From Candidatus Delongbacteria bacterium (GTDB lineage: Bacteria > CAIWAD01), in NCBI GenBank assembly GCA_963663545.1, contig OY760505.1, positions 1,408,001-1,472,000 on the forward strand: a stretch of DNA of 64,000 nucleotides. The letters run 5' to 3'. Below the pieces are notes generated by a model. It saw only the letters and a list, made by a program, of their open reading frames with translations, searched no databases and had not been told where the DNA came from. The position numbers and the translations under genes are program-made. Of this stretch, positions 39,630-50,805 are shown piece after piece (positions within the stretch are counted from its first letter, which is position 1; each line of letters begins with the position of its first letter).

Positions 39630-40148
39630 TCAGGCGTGAACGCGCTCCACCATTCGCTTCAGCAGTTTGACTTCCTGCGGCGTGCAAACCGTCAGCAAAC
39701 GCACGTGTGACTCAACCTGGTGCAGTCGCGCCAGCACATTGGGACGCACATTCTCCTGAAATTTCCAGATCCAGCGGATGAACTCCCAGTCCACACGTTC
39801 AGGGCAGCCTTCGCAAAGGTCTGGCCGTGTGCGCCCCATGTACTTGACCAGCCTTTTGACAATGTTGTAGAGACAGCGCCAGCGGGAGAAATCCATAAAA
39901 ATCACTGTATCACAAGCCGCTAAGCGTGATCCAAGAGTGGAAGCAAAGTTGCCATCAATGATCCATCGCTGCTGTGATACAGCACTTTCGTGCAGGCTGA
40001 TCCACTCCTCGTGCGGAGCCTTTACCCAGCCCGGACGCCAGAATAGCTGATCCAGATGTATCACCGGCAAGTTGAGCTTCTCACCCAGCCAGCCTGCCAG
40101 CATGGATTTCCCGGATCCACCACAACCGATGATGATGATTCGCTCCAC
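39630..40148 (-). CDS. FlaR / topology-modulation family P-loop kinase
   Basis: RIIIIGCGGSGKS, HLD.LFW.PGW, WIIDGN, G.TRPD..EGCPE..DWEF..WIW. Confidence 0.85.
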   Translation of the reverse strand: MERIIIIGCGGSGKSMLAGWLGEKLNLPVIHLDQLFWRPGWVKAPHEEWISLHESAVSQQRWIIDGNFASTLGSRLAACDTVIFMDFSRWRCLYNIVKRLVKYMGRTRPDLCEGCPERVDWEFIRWIWKFQENVRPNVLARLHQVESHVRLLTVCTPQEVKLLKRMVERVHA

Positions 40149-40169
40149 AACTCCTCCACTAGCGAACAC

Positions 40170-41417
40170 TCAGTTTTTACTTTGCTCCAATTGTCTCAAA
40201 GCATAGACCCGATCCGGAAGTGGCGGGTGATCGTAATGCAATGCAACGTACAGTGGGTGTGGCGTCAAGGTGTTCAGATTGTTCACGGATAGCCGCTTCA
40301 GCGCAGAAATCATTGTCTCTGCATCACCGGTAAGCTCAGCCGCAAAACGATCTGCCTGAAACTCTTGTACACGATTCAGCCAGGTGATACAAAGGTGAAC
40401 CAGAACACCAAGCGGAGTATACAGCAGGCCAAAAACAAGTAGACCGGTATGTACGCCAGGCTGTGATACATAAAAGGCATCGAAAAGTGGCTTCCAATGC
40501 AGACACAAGGAAAGCAGGAAGAAGGTAAAACCAATGTTGAGCACGGTAAGGAGCATTCGGATGGGAATGTGTCCTTTCTTCCAGTGGCCGATCTCGTGAG
40601 CCAGCACTCCCAGCAACTCTCCAACGGGTGACTTCTCGACAATGGTGTCGAAGAGAGCAATGCGTCGCGTCTTGCCAAAGCCCGCCATGAAGGCATTGTT
40701 CTTGGTTGAGCGGCGTGATCCATCCATGACTTCCACACGCCCCACAGGGAAATTGCAGGCCTCGGCCATCGCCAGCAGACGGGTTCGCAACTCACCCTCC
40801 GGCATGGGCGTGAACTTGTTGAAAAGCGGCATGATCAGCATGGGGGCCAACACCATGAAGGCCACGAGGATGGCACTCACTCCCAACCAGGCCCACACCC
40901 AGCCCCACTGGCCGGTGCTATTGAAGAATCCGATCATGACCAACAGCAACAGCGTGGTAAGCAGCAGGCTCAATACAACGCCTTTGATGGTGTCCACGAT
41001 GAAAGTGCCCGGTGTTGTGCGATTGAAACCGAAACGTTCCTCTACACCGAAGGTGCTCCAGATCTCGAAGGGAATGCCGACAAGGCGTTTCCCCAACGAC
41101 AGCAGACCCAGATAGACCACGCCCAACAGAATATCGTTCTGTATCACAGCGCGCAGATAGTCATCCAGCCAACCAAACCATCCGCCAAACCAGAAGACAA
41201 GTAGAACAATCAGGTCGATGGTGCTTTCCCAGTGTGATACACGCTCCCGGGCAGCCTGATACTCGCGGGCGCGATCGTATTCCTCTTGGCTGTAAACATC
41301 ACCGAATCCCTCAGGCAGGGGCTGCTTGCTGCTGCGAGTGTTAAGCAAACTCGCCAGAAGCTCTAATAGAAAATGGCCTAGGGTGAACGCTAGTAGCACA
41401 AGTACAAGTATTGACAT
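40170..41417 (-). CDS. M48 (Ste24-like) membrane metalloprotease
   Basis: FG.EE.FGFN..T, PLFNKF.P, MDGS.RS...NA, LAHEIGH, EFQAD.FA, HP.L..R. Confidence 0.93.
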   Translation of the reverse strand: MSILVLVLLAFTLGHFLLELLASLLNTRSSKQPLPEGFGDVYSQEEYDRAREYQAARERVSHWESTIDLIVLLVFWFGGWFGWLDDYLRAVIQNDILLGVVYLGLLSLGKRLVGIPFEIWSTFGVEERFGFNRTTPGTFIVDTIKGVVLSLLLTTLLLLVMIGFFNSTGQWGWVWAWLGVSAILVAFMVLAPMLIMPLFNKFTPMPEGELRTRLLAMAEACNFPVGRVEVMDGSRRSTKNNAFMAGFGKTRRIALFDTIVEKSPVGELLGVLAHEIGHWKKGHIPIRMLLTVLNIGFTFFLLSLCLHWKPLFDAFYVSQPGVHTGLLVFGLLYTPLGVLVHLCITWLNRVQEFQADRFAAELTGDAETMISALKRLSVNNLNTLTPHPLYVALHYDHPPLPDRVYALRQLEQSKN

Positions 41418-41499
41418 TGCAGTCCTCCACAGTTCTCAGCAGGCGGGTGTTACCGACAATATAGAACTGCAAACTTAGCCGGTAAGTGAGAAAACCTGA

Positions 41500-42495
41500 T
41501 TATTGCGCCGACGTGCACTTGAGATCGGGACCTGGCCAGGCGGAGACAGCGTCTTCAAGCTCGTATTTCTCCAACAAGGTCCCCAGACTACGGCACCAGC
41601 CCAGACGACGACGATCACCATCGGGCTGAATCTCCACCAGACGATAATGCATGGTGTTGACGTGTTGCTGGACTAGCAGAAGGCCTCCGTCGCGTGATAC
41701 AGCAAGAATATCATTCCAGTGCATCACACCCTTGAAAACCGGGAGCCGCCAGTTCAGCCCGGGACGCTCGCCCGGAAGTTGAAGCCCACCCCGCAACAGG
41801 CTCTGTTCAAGAATGGCCTGTGCCAAGTTCGAATAATCACGTTGCAGCGGGCCGCCCTTGTGTACATGTGTACAGCAGGTCCGGTAGTTCTGGAAGAGGT
41901 CCTCATCGCTGAAGCCAACTTCGCCGCCTGCGTGTGCGCCTTCCGCGTTGTAGTAGCTGAACTTGAGGGCTTCATCGAAAAAAGGAGAGTAGTAGTTGGT
42001 GATCCACGCGCCTTTGGGCAGACACCGCTGTTCGAGAGTACTATCGCATGTAATGGCGGCTCCCATGAAGTACACGCCCAGCACTTGATGCAGCTCCTGC
42101 GGGCACAACGCTAGCGCGCGTGATACAACGCGACATCCCAGACTGTAGGAGGTCAGAACGTAGGGAGTGCCTGCTTCCTCAAGGGGCAGGATAACCTCGT
42201 TCAGCAACTCTTCGCCCGCCTCCCATGCGCGCTCCTTGGCACATGTCCACTGGTATGTAACACGCGAAAGGTCGAAGTGGACGGAGTCGTAGCGAAACGT
42301 GTAGACCTGCGCATTCAGAGCCTTGTCGGCAAGAGCACTGCGCAAGGCGCCTTCAAACGGAACGACTTCCTTCATTTCCGCAAAGCCGTGCACATAGATG
42401 AAGAGTACATCTGCCTGCAGCAGGCTGTCCGCCAATGAAGACGAAGCCCTACCCGCAACCGTCAGCAGCAGTAGAACGAAGAACAGCAATCGCAC
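41500..42495 (-). CDS. Exported alpha/beta-hydrolase-fold protein (DUF726-like)
   Basis: Signal peptide, YVHGF, SYSLGCRV nucleophile elbow, YFMGAA, NYYS..D..L. Confidence 0.7.
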   Translation of the reverse strand: MRLLFFVLLLLTVAGRASSSLADSLLQADVLFIYVHGFAEMKEVVPFEGALRSALADKALNAQVYTFRYDSVHFDLSRVTYQWTCAKERAWEAGEELLNEVILPLEEAGTPYVLTSYSLGCRVVSRALALCPQELHQVLGVYFMGAAITCDSTLEQRCLPKGAWITNYYSPFFDEALKFSYYNAEGAHAGGEVGFSDEDLFQNYRTCCTHVHKGGPLQRDYSNLAQAILEQSLLRGGLQLPGERPGLNWRLPVFKGVMHWNDILAVSRDGGLLLVQQHVNTMHYRLVEIQPDGDRRRLGWCRSLGTLLEKYELEDAVSAWPGPDLKCTSAQ

Positions 42496-42527
42496 GTGCT
42501 AATCCCAAGAGAAGATGCGCCTGCGAA

Positions 42528-43367
42528 CTAGTGGATCGGATTCAACATGCGCCAGAAGCGGATGGTCTTCCAGAACTCTTCCTTGATGGCCTTCTGATCA
42601 AAGCTGAAATAGATGATCCAGGCGCGACCGACAATGTTCTCGCGAGGCAGAAAGCCCCAATAGCGGCTATCTGCGCTGTTATCGCGGTTGTCACCCATGA
42701 CGAAAAACTCGCCTTCGGGAATCTGGAGCGGTCCGTACTGATCCTTGTTCCAGCCCTTGCCGCGCGGCCAGATCATGGCGTCCTGATAGTCTGCCGGCAA
42801 AATGCCATTCATCAGGAACTGCTGCCCCGGATAGGGCAGAAACTCTTCGCCATCCACAAACACCTGCTTATCGCGGATTTCGAGGGTCTGGCCCGGTCCC
42901 GCAACAATGCGCTTGATGTAATTCACCATAGGATCATTGGGATACTTGAATACGACAATGTCCCCCGGTTCGGGATCGTCAAAGGCGGGGAATTTGAAGG
43001 CGGGAATATCGAAACCGTAGCGCGTAAAGGGAATGCCAATCCAATCGGGCGTACGCACTCCGTAGACCATTTTGTTGACCAACAGGAAGTCGCCCACAAG
43101 CAGCGTCTTCTCCATTGAGCCGGTAGGAATGCGGTAGGCCTCGACCACCATGGCGCGAAAGAAGAACAGAAACAGAACAAGCGAACCGATGAACTCGATC
43201 CAGTAGCGCACGGGTCCCTTGCGCTCCCGCTTGGCCGCTTCCTTGGTCTTGCGCTGCTCGCGCTTTTTGCGCAGCCAGGCACGATAGGCGGTCGGCAACA
43301 GGGGATTGTCGGTGCCCAAATACATCCATAGTGCAATCAGTACGAGGATCGTGATCTTGGTAATCAT
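42528..43367 (-). CDS. lepB: Signal peptidase I
   Basis: [40 protein letters not shown]. Confidence 0.96.
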   Translation of the reverse strand: MITKITILVLIALWMYLGTDNPLLPTAYRAWLRKKREQRKTKEAAKRERKGPVRYWIEFIGSLVLFLFFFRAMVVEAYRIPTGSMEKTLLVGDFLLVNKMVYGVRTPDWIGIPFTRYGFDIPAFKFPAFDDPEPGDIVVFKYPNDPMVNYIKRIVAGPGQTLEIRDKQVFVDGEEFLPYPGQQFLMNGILPADYQDAMIWPRGKGWNKDQYGPLQIPEGEFFVMGDNRDNSADSRYWGFLPRENIVGRAWIIYFSFDQKAIKEEFWKTIRFWRMLNPIH

Positions 43368-45160
43368 CGCTCTACCTTAAGCATGGCGAGGAAGGCTTCC
43401 TGAGGAATCTCCACGGTGCCCACCTGCTTCATTCTCTTCTTGCCCTCTTTCTGCTTCTCAAGCAGTTTTCGCTTACGCGAAATGTCACCGCCGTAGCACT
43501 TGGCCGTTACATTTTTGCGCAACGCTTTCACCGTAGTACGCGAAATAACCTTGGTTCCCAAGGCTCCCTGGATGGCCACCTCAAAGAGCTGGCGCGGAAT
43601 GAGCTCCTTGAGCTTGATGCACATCTTGTTGCCCCACTCCCAGGCCTTGTCCTGATGCACGATCAGGCTAAGGCTGTCCACCACATCGCCATTGATCATG
43701 ATATCCAGGCGCTTGAGCTGGCTTCTACGGAACTCCAGAAACTCGTAGTCGTAGCTGGCGTAGCCGCGTGTTACAGTCTTCAGGCGGTCGTAGAAGTCAA
43801 AGACGGTTTCGGCCAAGGGGAATTCGTAACTCAGGTTGGCTCGGGTCGGGTCGATGTACTCGGTGCCGACGTAGATGCCTCGGCGCTCCATCGCCAGCTG
43901 CATGATGCTGCCGATGTATTCGCTGGGCGTAATAATGGAAGCCTTGACGTAAGGTTCCTTCACCCATTCAATTTTCTCGTTGCGCGGGAATTCGGCCGGG
44001 TTGTCGACGATCTTGTCTTCCTCGCCCGGCTGTTTCACGATGTATTCCACGTTGGGCATCGTGGTAATGATGTCCAGATCGTACTCGCGTTCGAGGCGCT
44101 CTTGAATGATCTCCATGTGGAGCAGCCCCAGGAAACCGCAACGGAAGCCAAAGCCCAGCGCGAGACTGGTTTCGGGCTGATAGACGAGGGAAGAGTCGTT
44201 CAGGCAAAGCTTGGCCAGCGCATCGCGCAGTTCTTCGTACTCCTCGGCCTTGACCGGATAAAGCCCGCTGTAAACCATGGGCTTCACGACTTCATAACCT
44301 TCGAGCGGCTGTGTCGCGCCGCCGCGCTTGAGTGTGAGTGTATCACCGACCTTGGCGTCGCGCACATCCTTGCTGCCCAAGACCACGTAGCCGACTTCGC
44401 CCGCCGAGAGGCGCTCGCGCACTTGGCGCTTCAGCCGAAGTCCGCCCACTTCGTCGATCTGGAAGAAGTTCTGGTTGTGCATCGAAAGCACTTCACTGCC
44501 CTTCTGCAGTGTTCCATCAACGACGCGTACATAGACCACCGTACCACGGTAGTTGTCGTACAACGAGTCGAAAATGAGCGCGCGAAGCGGTCCGTCGGCG
44601 TTGCCTTTGGGCGCAGGCACTTTGTTCACGACGGCTTCCAGCAGTGCGTCGCAGTTCTGACCGGTCTTGGCACTGACGGGGATGACCTCGTCGGGATCGC
44701 AGCCGATCAACTCCACAACCTGTTGTATCACTTGTTCCGGCTGTGCATTGGGTAGATCGATTTTGTTGACCACTGGAATGATTTCCAGATCCTGCTCGAT
44801 GGCCGAGTAAAGGTTGGCCAGCGTCTGCGCTTCCACTCCCTGAGCGGCATCCACCACCAGGATAGCACCCTCGCAGGCGGCTAGGCTGCGGCTGACCTCA
44901 TAGGCAAAGTCGACGTGACCGGGAGTATCAATCAAGTTGAGCTGATAGGTTTGCCCGTCCCGCGCCTTGTAGCTCATGGTAATCGGGTGGGCTTTGATCG
45001 TAATGCCACGCTCCTGCTCCAGCTCCATGTCGTCCAGCACCTGCTTCCGCATTTGCTTGGCCTCAAGAGTGCCGGTCAGCTCGAGCAATCGGTCGGCAAT
45101 GGTTGACTTGCCGTGGTCGATGTGGGCAATGATGCAAAAGTTGCGCACGCGCTCCTGCAT
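43364..45160 (-). CDS. lepA: Elongation factor 4
   Basis: [44 protein letters not shown]. Confidence 0.98.
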   Translation of the reverse strand: MQERVRNFCIIAHIDHGKSTIADRLLELTGTLEAKQMRKQVLDDMELEQERGITIKAHPITMSYKARDGQTYQLNLIDTPGHVDFAYEVSRSLAACEGAILVVDAAQGVEAQTLANLYSAIEQDLEIIPVVNKIDLPNAQPEQVIQQVVELIGCDPDEVIPVSAKTGQNCDALLEAVVNKVPAPKGNADGPLRALIFDSLYDNYRGTVVYVRVVDGTLQKGSEVLSMHNQNFFQIDEVGGLRLKRQVRERLSAGEVGYVVLGSKDVRDAKVGDTLTLKRGGATQPLEGYEVVKPMVYSGLYPVKAEEYEELRDALAKLCLNDSSLVYQPETSLALGFGFRCGFLGLLHMEIIQERLEREYDLDIITTMPNVEYIVKQPGEEDKIVDNPAEFPRNEKIEWVKEPYVKASIITPSEYIGSIMQLAMERRGIYVGTEYIDPTRANLSYEFPLAETVFDFYDRLKTVTRGYASYDYEFLEFRRSQLKRLDIMINGDVVDSLSLIVHQDKAWEWGNKMCIKLKELIPRQLFEVAIQGALGTKVISRTTVKALRKNVTAKCYGGDISRKRKLLEKQKEGKKRMKQVGTVEIPQEAFLAMLKVER

Positions 45161-45239
45161 CGAGGTCTCCGTGATAGAATACAGGCGGGAACCCGCTTCA
45201 GCAGACTCCCGCCTGATGGTTGCGGTATCACAGCAAGTC

Positions 45240-45797
45240 TTAGACCTGCATGATGTCCTTCTGCTTGTCGTCCAGCAGCTTGTCGATGGCTTCGCAGTGC
45301 TTATCCGTCGCGTCCTGGACTTCCTTCAGCGCACGCTTCTCCTCGTCCTCCGAGAAATCGCCTGCTTTGACTCCCTTCTTCAGGTGGTCATTGGTGTCAC
45401 GGCGCACATTGCGCACGGCCACCTTGGCTTCTTCGGCCATACGAGAGACCTGCTTCACCAGATCCTTGCGTCGCTCTTCGCTCAACTCGGGCAGCGGTAC
45501 GCGGACCACTACACCGTCGTTGCTCGGATTCAATCCCAGATCGGAAGCCAGAATGGCCTTCTCGATGGGTCCCACCATGTTCTTTTCCCAGGGCTGAATC
45601 AGGATCATGCGCGCCTCGGGAGCGCTCATGTTGGCCACCTGACTTAGCGGCACCATAGAGCCGTAGTAGTCGACGCGAATCGGATCCAGCACGGCGGGTG
45701 AAGCCTTGCCAGCGCGTACGGTGCTAAACTTGCCTTCCAGCTCTTCGACGGTGCGATCCATGTGATGCACCATCTTGGTGAGGAGTTCCTGAAGCAC
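45240..45797 (-). CDS. frr: Ribosome recycling factor
   Basis: RAGKA, VDYYG, LGLNP.NDG..R..LP.L.EERR, VRNVRR. 185 aa from the GTG after GGAGG. Confidence 0.96.
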   Translation of the reverse strand: MLQELLTKMVHHMDRTVEELEGKFSTVRAGKASPAVLDPIRVDYYGSMVPLSQVANMSAPEARMILIQPWEKNMVGPIEKAILASDLGLNPSNDGVVVRVPLPELSEERRKDLVKQVSRMAEEAKVAVRNVRRDTNDHLKKGVKAGDFSEDEEKRALKEVQDATDKHCEAIDKLLDDKQKDIMQV

Positions 45798-45799
45798 GG

Positions 45800-46519
45800 T
45801 CAGCCTCCTGTAATCACGGTACCCAGCTTTTCTCCAAGAAGCAGTCGGCGCAAGTTGCCGTCCACGTTCATGTTGTACACACGAAGAGGCAGGTTGTTGT
45901 CCATGCACAGGCTGATGGCCGTGCTGTCCATGACCTTGAGCTGCTTCGACAGGACTTCAAGATAGGTCAGTTTGTCGAAAAATACTGCGTCGGGATGTGT
46001 CACGGGATCGGCGCTGTAAATGCCGTCCACCTTGGTGCCCTTGATGAGCACGTCGGCTTTGATCTCGCTGGCACGCAGTGCGGCAGCAGTATCCGTCGAG
46101 AAATAGGGATTGCCCGTACCACCGGCGAAAATCACCACACGCCCCTTCTCGAAGTGACGCAGTGCGCGTCGCACAATGAAGGGCTCGGCGACGCGAGTAA
46201 TGGTAAGTGCGCTTTGAACGCGTGTGGGAACTCCGGCCGCCTCAAGCGCTTGCTGCACGGCCATGGCATTTATCACCGTAGCCAGCATGCCCATGTAATC
46301 GGCCGTAGTGCGATCCATCTTGCGACCAGCCCCACTGAGCCCGCGAAAGATGTTGCCACCGCCGATGACCAGACCTACTTCGACACCCAGCTCGCGAACG
46401 TCGCGGATTTCTTCGGCCATTTTGGCCAGCACATCCACATCCAGACCCTGGCCGGCCTCACCAGCGAGCGCCTCTCCGCTGAGTTTCAGCAGAATACGCT
46501 TGTAGACAGGAGCAGACAT
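45800..46519 (-). CDS. pyrH: UMP kinase
   Basis: [45 protein letters not shown]. Confidence 0.97.
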   Translation of the reverse strand: MSAPVYKRILLKLSGEALAGEAGQGLDVDVLAKMAEEIRDVRELGVEVGLVIGGGNIFRGLSGAGRKMDRTTADYMGMLATVINAMAVQQALEAAGVPTRVQSALTITRVAEPFIVRRALRHFEKGRVVIFAGGTGNPYFSTDTAAALRASEIKADVLIKGTKVDGIYSADPVTHPDAVFFDKLTYLEVLSKQLKVMDSTAISLCMDNNLPLRVYNMNVDGNLRRLLLGEKLGTVITGG

Positions 46520-46535
46520 TGTCATCCCCCTTGAG

Positions 46536-46563
46536 AAAGAAAAGGCCCGCTTCCGCGGGCCTT
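46536..46563 (-). terminator. Intrinsic terminator after tsf
   Basis: Minus strand AAGGCCCGC-GGAA-GCGGGCCTT-TTCTTT. Confidence 0.8.
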
Positions 46564-46567
46564 GGAA

Positions 46568-47449
46568 TCAGCCACCGATTACGTAATTGACGAAGCTCGC
46601 CACCGTAATTGTATCACCAAGTGACTTGGCCACCTGGTTGATGTGAGCCTGAACCGGAGTCTTGTCCTCCTTGACGAAGGCCTGCTCCATCAGGGTCACT
46701 TCAGAATAGAACTTGTTCAGCTTGCCCTGGGCGATCTTGTCGATCATCTGCTCGGGCTTGCCCTCGTTGCGGGCGATATCGCGGTACACGTCCAACTCGC
46801 GCTCGATCATGGTCTGATCGACGCCGTTGCGATCAACGGCCACAGGCTGGAAGGCGACGATCTGCAGAGCCAGGTCGTTCACTAGCTGACGGAAATCGTC
46901 GGCCTGAGCGGTCTCGGGCTTGCCACAGGTTACGGCGATCATCACACCGTGCTTGTCGCCCAGGTGGATGTAGCTGTGAACCATGCCATTGGTACCAGAG
47001 GGAATCTCAACCTTGGAGAAGCGCTTGACATCCAGCTTCTCGCCCAGCTTGGCAACCATAACCTCGAGCTCCTCGCGCAGGGCCTTGCCGGGCTGGCCGG
47101 GGTTCTCTGCATTCAGCAGCTCGTCGCTGTTGGCAATTTCCTTCTCCAGCACAACCTGGGTGCAGGCCTTGCCGAAATTGCGGAAGTCTTCCGTACCGGC
47201 CACGAAGTCGGTCTCGGAATTGAACTCGAGGATGGCGCCCTTGCGCGCATCGCCGGTTACCAACGCAATCACCTTGCCCTCATTCGCATCGCGATCCGCA
47301 CGCTTCTCGGCCGTCTTCAGGCCCTTCTTGCGCAGGAAATCCACAGCGGCGTCAAAATCGCCGTTGGCCTCGGCAAGGGCAGCCTTACAGTCCAGCATAC
47401 CTGCACCGGTCATCTGGCGCAGTTTCATGACTTCTTTTGCGGTCGACAT
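46568..47449 (-). CDS. tsf: Elongation factor Ts
   Basis: V.KLR..TGAGMLDCK.AL, NSETDFVA, YIH, GKP..MI.KI..GKL.KF. Confidence 0.97.
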   Translation of the reverse strand: MSTAKEVMKLRQMTGAGMLDCKAALAEANGDFDAAVDFLRKKGLKTAEKRADRDANEGKVIALVTGDARKGAILEFNSETDFVAGTEDFRNFGKACTQVVLEKEIANSDELLNAENPGQPGKALREELEVMVAKLGEKLDVKRFSKVEIPSGTNGMVHSYIHLGDKHGVMIAVTCGKPETAQADDFRQLVNDLALQIVAFQPVAVDRNGVDQTMIERELDVYRDIARNEGKPEQMIDKIAQGKLNKFYSEVTLMEQAFVKEDKTPVQAHINQVAKSLGDTITVASFVNYVIGG

Positions 47450-47488
47450 GATCAAACTCCTATAACGAATGCCAGAGGCGGCAGGAGA

Positions 47489-48352
47489 CTACTCCTGCCC
47501 CTCAACGGGCTTGGTCTCGGTCTTGTTCTCAGCCTTGGGCTTGCGCGGGGCACGCGGTGCGGAAGCGCCTTCCTCCGGGCGACGACGACGACGACGGGCC
47601 GGACCCTTGTCCTCGTCACGGGCACGCTCGGGATCATGCAGCTCGCCCTCGGCACCGTGGCCGTCCTTGCGCAGCATGCGAGCCTCTTCCACCGCCTCGG
47701 CCAGGCACTTGGTGATGACCGCGATGGACTTGAAGCTGTCGTCGTTGGCCGGAATCACGTAATCGACCACATCCGGATCACTATTGGAATCGCAGATGGC
47801 GAACACAGGCAGACCCAGCTTACGGGCTTCGCGCACGGCAATGGTCTCACGCATGGTATCAACCACGAAGACGGCGGCCGGCAGGCGCTTCATGCGACGG
47901 ATACCGCCCAGCACCTTCTCGAGCTTCTCTTTCTGGCGCTCGATCTGCAGCTGCTCTTTCTTGGTGATGCGCTCGTAGGTACCGTCGGAAGCCTTGGCCT
48001 CCAACTGCTCCAGGGTGCGCACGCTGTTGCGGATGGTGCGGAAGTTGGTAAGCATACCACCCAGCCAACGCTCGCTGACATGGTGCATGCTGCAACGCTC
48101 GGCCTCTTCCTTCATGATGTCGCGGGCCTGATCCTTGGTACCGACAAAAAGAATGTCGCCACCATCGGCCACGATCTTGCCAATACGATTGGCGGCGTCC
48201 TCAAGGAGGCCCTCGGTCTTCTTCAGATCAAGAATGTGCACGCCATTCTTTTCCATGAAGATGAAGGGACGCATTTTGGGATTCCAACGGCGGGTGAGGT
48301 GCCCGAAGTGGGCGCCCGCCAGCAGAAGCTGCTGGATGGATACGCGAGGCAT
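47489..48352 (-). CDS. rpsB: 30S ribosomal protein S2
   Basis: AGAHFGH.TRRWNPKM, LFVGTK.QA, RWLGGMLTNF, IPANDD. Confidence 0.98.
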   Translation of the reverse strand: MPRVSIQQLLLAGAHFGHLTRRWNPKMRPFIFMEKNGVHILDLKKTEGLLEDAANRIGKIVADGGDILFVGTKDQARDIMKEEAERCSMHHVSERWLGGMLTNFRTIRNSVRTLEQLEAKASDGTYERITKKEQLQIERQKEKLEKVLGGIRRMKRLPAAVFVVDTMRETIAVREARKLGLPVFAICDSNSDPDVVDYVIPANDDSFKSIAVITKCLAEAVEEARMLRKDGHGAEGELHDPERARDEDKGPARRRRRRPEEGASAPRAPRKPKAENKTETKPVEGQE

Positions 48353-48365
48353 TTGATGCTCCTTT

Positions 48366-48438
48366 GGTTATTCCTCCACGCCCTTCCTCTTCTCGCGGAA
48401 TCCCGAGGGACACCACCACGAAAATCCAGGCGTGTGCA
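48366..48438 (-). ncRNA. rpsB leader RNA (t44 / S2 leader-like)
   Basis: Minus strand CACACGCC...GGTGTCCC..GGGA...GGCGTGGAGG directly upstream of rpsB, the usual S2-leader layout. Confidence 0.6.
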
Positions 48439-48543
48439 CTTTCGGCCAATGGCCGTGTCCGGTGTTGCCGGACGTAACAACGGGCTGCCGGAAAAATCCA
48501 GCAGCCCGGGACGTTCAATTCCGAAGCGAGACGGCGAAAGCCA

Positions 48544-48948
48544 TTAGCGCTTGGAGAACTGGAAGCGCTTGCGGGCGCCGGGCTGGCCGTACTTCTTACG
48601 TTCGACCATGCGGCTGTCGCGGGTCAGGAAGCCAGCGCGACGCAGCGGGCTGCGCAGCTCTTCATCCATGACCACAAGGGCGCGACTGAGGCCGTGACGC
48701 AGGGCGCCAGCCTGGCCGGACAAACCACCACCGGCGACGGTGGCGTAAATGTCGAGCTTGCCAAGCATGTCGACGGTCTCAAGCGGCTGCTCGATGACCA
48801 TCTTCAGCGTCTCGCGCTTGAAGTGACCGATGATGTCACGGTGATTCACTTCCACCTTGCCCGTTCCGGGCTCGATCCACACGCGAGCCACGCTGGTCTT
48901 GCGGCGACCAGTAGCGTAGAAGCGCTTGGTGTTGCGGGTAGTAGCCAT
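48544..48948 (-). CDS. rpsI: 30S ribosomal protein S9
   Basis: [38 protein letters not shown]. Confidence 0.98.
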   Translation of the reverse strand: MATTRNTKRFYATGRRKTSVARVWIEPGTGKVEVNHRDIIGHFKRETLKMVIEQPLETVDMLGKLDIYATVAGGGLSGQAGALRHGLSRALVVMDEELRSPLRRAGFLTRDSRMVERKKYGQPGARKRFQFSKR

Positions 48949-48949
48949 G

Positions 48950-49378
48950 CTAGAACCTCAACTCCTTGGGCTGCTGGGCCTCGTGCGGATGCTCGGGACC
49001 AGTGTACACTTTCAGCTTCTTGATCAACTGCCTTCCCAGGCGGTTATGGGGCAGCATGCCCTTGACCGCGTGATTAATGATGAAGGCGGGATCCTTGGCC
49101 ATCTGGGCACGGAAGGTCACCGTACGGGCACCACCGGGATATCCGGTATGATGGAAGTAGGTCTTGTTTTCGGCCTTGTTGCCGGTCAAAACAACCTTGT
49201 CCGCATTCACCACTACCACAAAGTCGCCGTTGTCCAAATGAGGACTGTACAGCGGTTTGTGCTTGCCACGCAAAATGCGCGCAATATTGGAAGACAGCCG
49301 GCCCAACACCTGGTCTGCAGCATCAACTACATACCAGTCATGCTGGATGTCGCCGGGTTTTGCGGTATAAGTCTTCAC
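48950..49378 (-). CDS. rplM: 50S ribosomal protein L13
   Basis: WYVVDA...[40 protein letters not shown]. 142 aa from GTG. Confidence 0.98.
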   Translation of the reverse strand: MKTYTAKPGDIQHDWYVVDAADQVLGRLSSNIARILRGKHKPLYSPHLDNGDFVVVVNADKVVLTGNKAENKTYFHHTGYPGGARTVTFRAQMAKDPAFIINHAVKGMLPHNRLGRQLIKKLKVYTGPEHPHEAQQPKELRF

Positions 49379-49407
49379 GTCTCGCTCCATAAATTTGCAA
49401 GACAACC

Positions 49408-49436
49408 AAAATACTCCTCTGCAAGCAAGGAGTCAA
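49408..49436 (-). promoter_or_regulatory. Sigma70-type promoter of rplM
   Basis: TTGACT-17 nt-TATTTT. Confidence 0.55.
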
Positions 49437-49518
49437 GCCTCTGCAAGCGAAAAATCGGCCAGAGACGAGTACAGCAGAGGGACAAATCAAATTCGGAACT
49501 CGCCCAGCGCGACGGTCC

Positions 49519-50682
49519 TCAGTCCATCAACTCCAGAACACAGAGCGTTTCCACGTGCTCGGTACGCGGCATCATGTCGAAAGGCTGCACACGTTCAATG
49601 CGGAAATGACTCTGCAGCAGTTTCAGATCCCGCGCCAAGGTCTCCGGGTTGCAGGAGAGGTACATGAGAAGACGTGGCTTGAGGACTTTCAAATCGCCGA
49701 TCAGCTCAGAGGCCAAACCCTTGCGCGGCGGATTGACGATTGCCACTTCGGGTTCGAAGAGCTCCAGCGAAATCAGCGAATCCTCGATCATGCCCCCCAC
49801 GGCGCTGATCTCATCGCGGCCATCCTGACGCGCGCCTTCCACCATGGGCGACTGAGTGTGTCGGTCGCCTTCGATCATCATCAGGCTGTCGGTGTCCCGT
49901 GTGATGCTTCGCCCGATGGCCCCCGTTCCTGCATAGATGTCTGCCACGCGCAGCGAGGCCTCCGTGCGGAAAGCATCCAGCCGCTCTCGCATGAGCTGCA
50001 GAATGTTCTTGAACTGCGCCAAGTTCACTTGCATGAAGCTGTTGGCACTGACGGGAATCGCCTTCTCCAGGAAGTAGACGGGTGAATACAACTGCCCGTG
50101 CAACAGCTCACTGTGGTAGCCAAGAATGCGGTTGCCGCGGTCGGGGTTCATGTTCTGATCAATACCGCGCAGCGTGGGGAATTCGGCCGCCAGACGCTTG
50201 GCCATGGTTAGCAGCTTCTTCTGCCACTCGCCCTCATTATGAACGGTCACAAAAGCGGCCATCATACGCTCTTCGTCAAGGACACGCAGGAAGAAGTAGC
50301 GCAGGAAGCCTTTGTGTCGGATCTCGTTGTAAACAGGTAGACCAAGCTCAAGCACGAGCTCCTTCACGCGATGGATCACAGGTTGCATGGCAGGATTGTG
50401 TTCGCTGCACCATTCCAGGTCAACGATCTCGTGGGTGCCCGGCTTGTAGATGCCCAACAGCACTTGGCCCGTGGCCTTGTCGAATCCGAAAGCCAGTTTA
50501 GCTGTGGCCCGGTAGCCTGATTCCTGGGGCGAGGCAATTACCGATGGAATATCGGGCATCACGCTTAGCCCGACCTGACTCAAACAGTCGTGAACCCGAC
50601 TCTGCTTCCAAGCCAGTTCTTCGCCGTAAGGTCTGTGATACCACTCCGAATCCTGGCAATGCTGACACCTGGGCTGAGTCAT
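49519..50682 (-). CDS. rlmD: RNA (uracil-5)-methyltransferase, RlmD/TrmA family
   Basis: N-terminal Cys cluster, SFMQVN, DIYAGTG, VNPPRKG, YLSCNPETLARD, FDMMP.T.HVE. Confidence 0.85.
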   Translation of the reverse strand: MTQPRCQHCQDSEWYHRPYGEELAWKQSRVHDCLSQVGLSVMPDIPSVIASPQESGYRATAKLAFGFDKATGQVLLGIYKPGTHEIVDLEWCSEHNPAMQPVIHRVKELVLELGLPVYNEIRHKGFLRYFFLRVLDEERMMAAFVTVHNEGEWQKKLLTMAKRLAAEFPTLRGIDQNMNPDRGNRILGYHSELLHGQLYSPVYFLEKAIPVSANSFMQVNLAQFKNILQLMRERLDAFRTEASLRVADIYAGTGAIGRSITRDTDSLMMIEGDRHTQSPMVEGARQDGRDEISAVGGMIEDSLISLELFEPEVAIVNPPRKGLASELIGDLKVLKPRLLMYLSCNPETLARDLKLLQSHFRIERVQPFDMMPRTEHVETLCVLELMD

Positions 50683-50805
50683 GAGTCCTCCTGAAATGGA
50701 CGTGTAATGTGGAGAATACCAGCCACTTCTACAGAACTGTCAGCTCGGCTTCAGTTGGTGTGAGTGTGATACACGGCGAGTTAGCTGGTGGCAGAAAATG
50801 GCCCG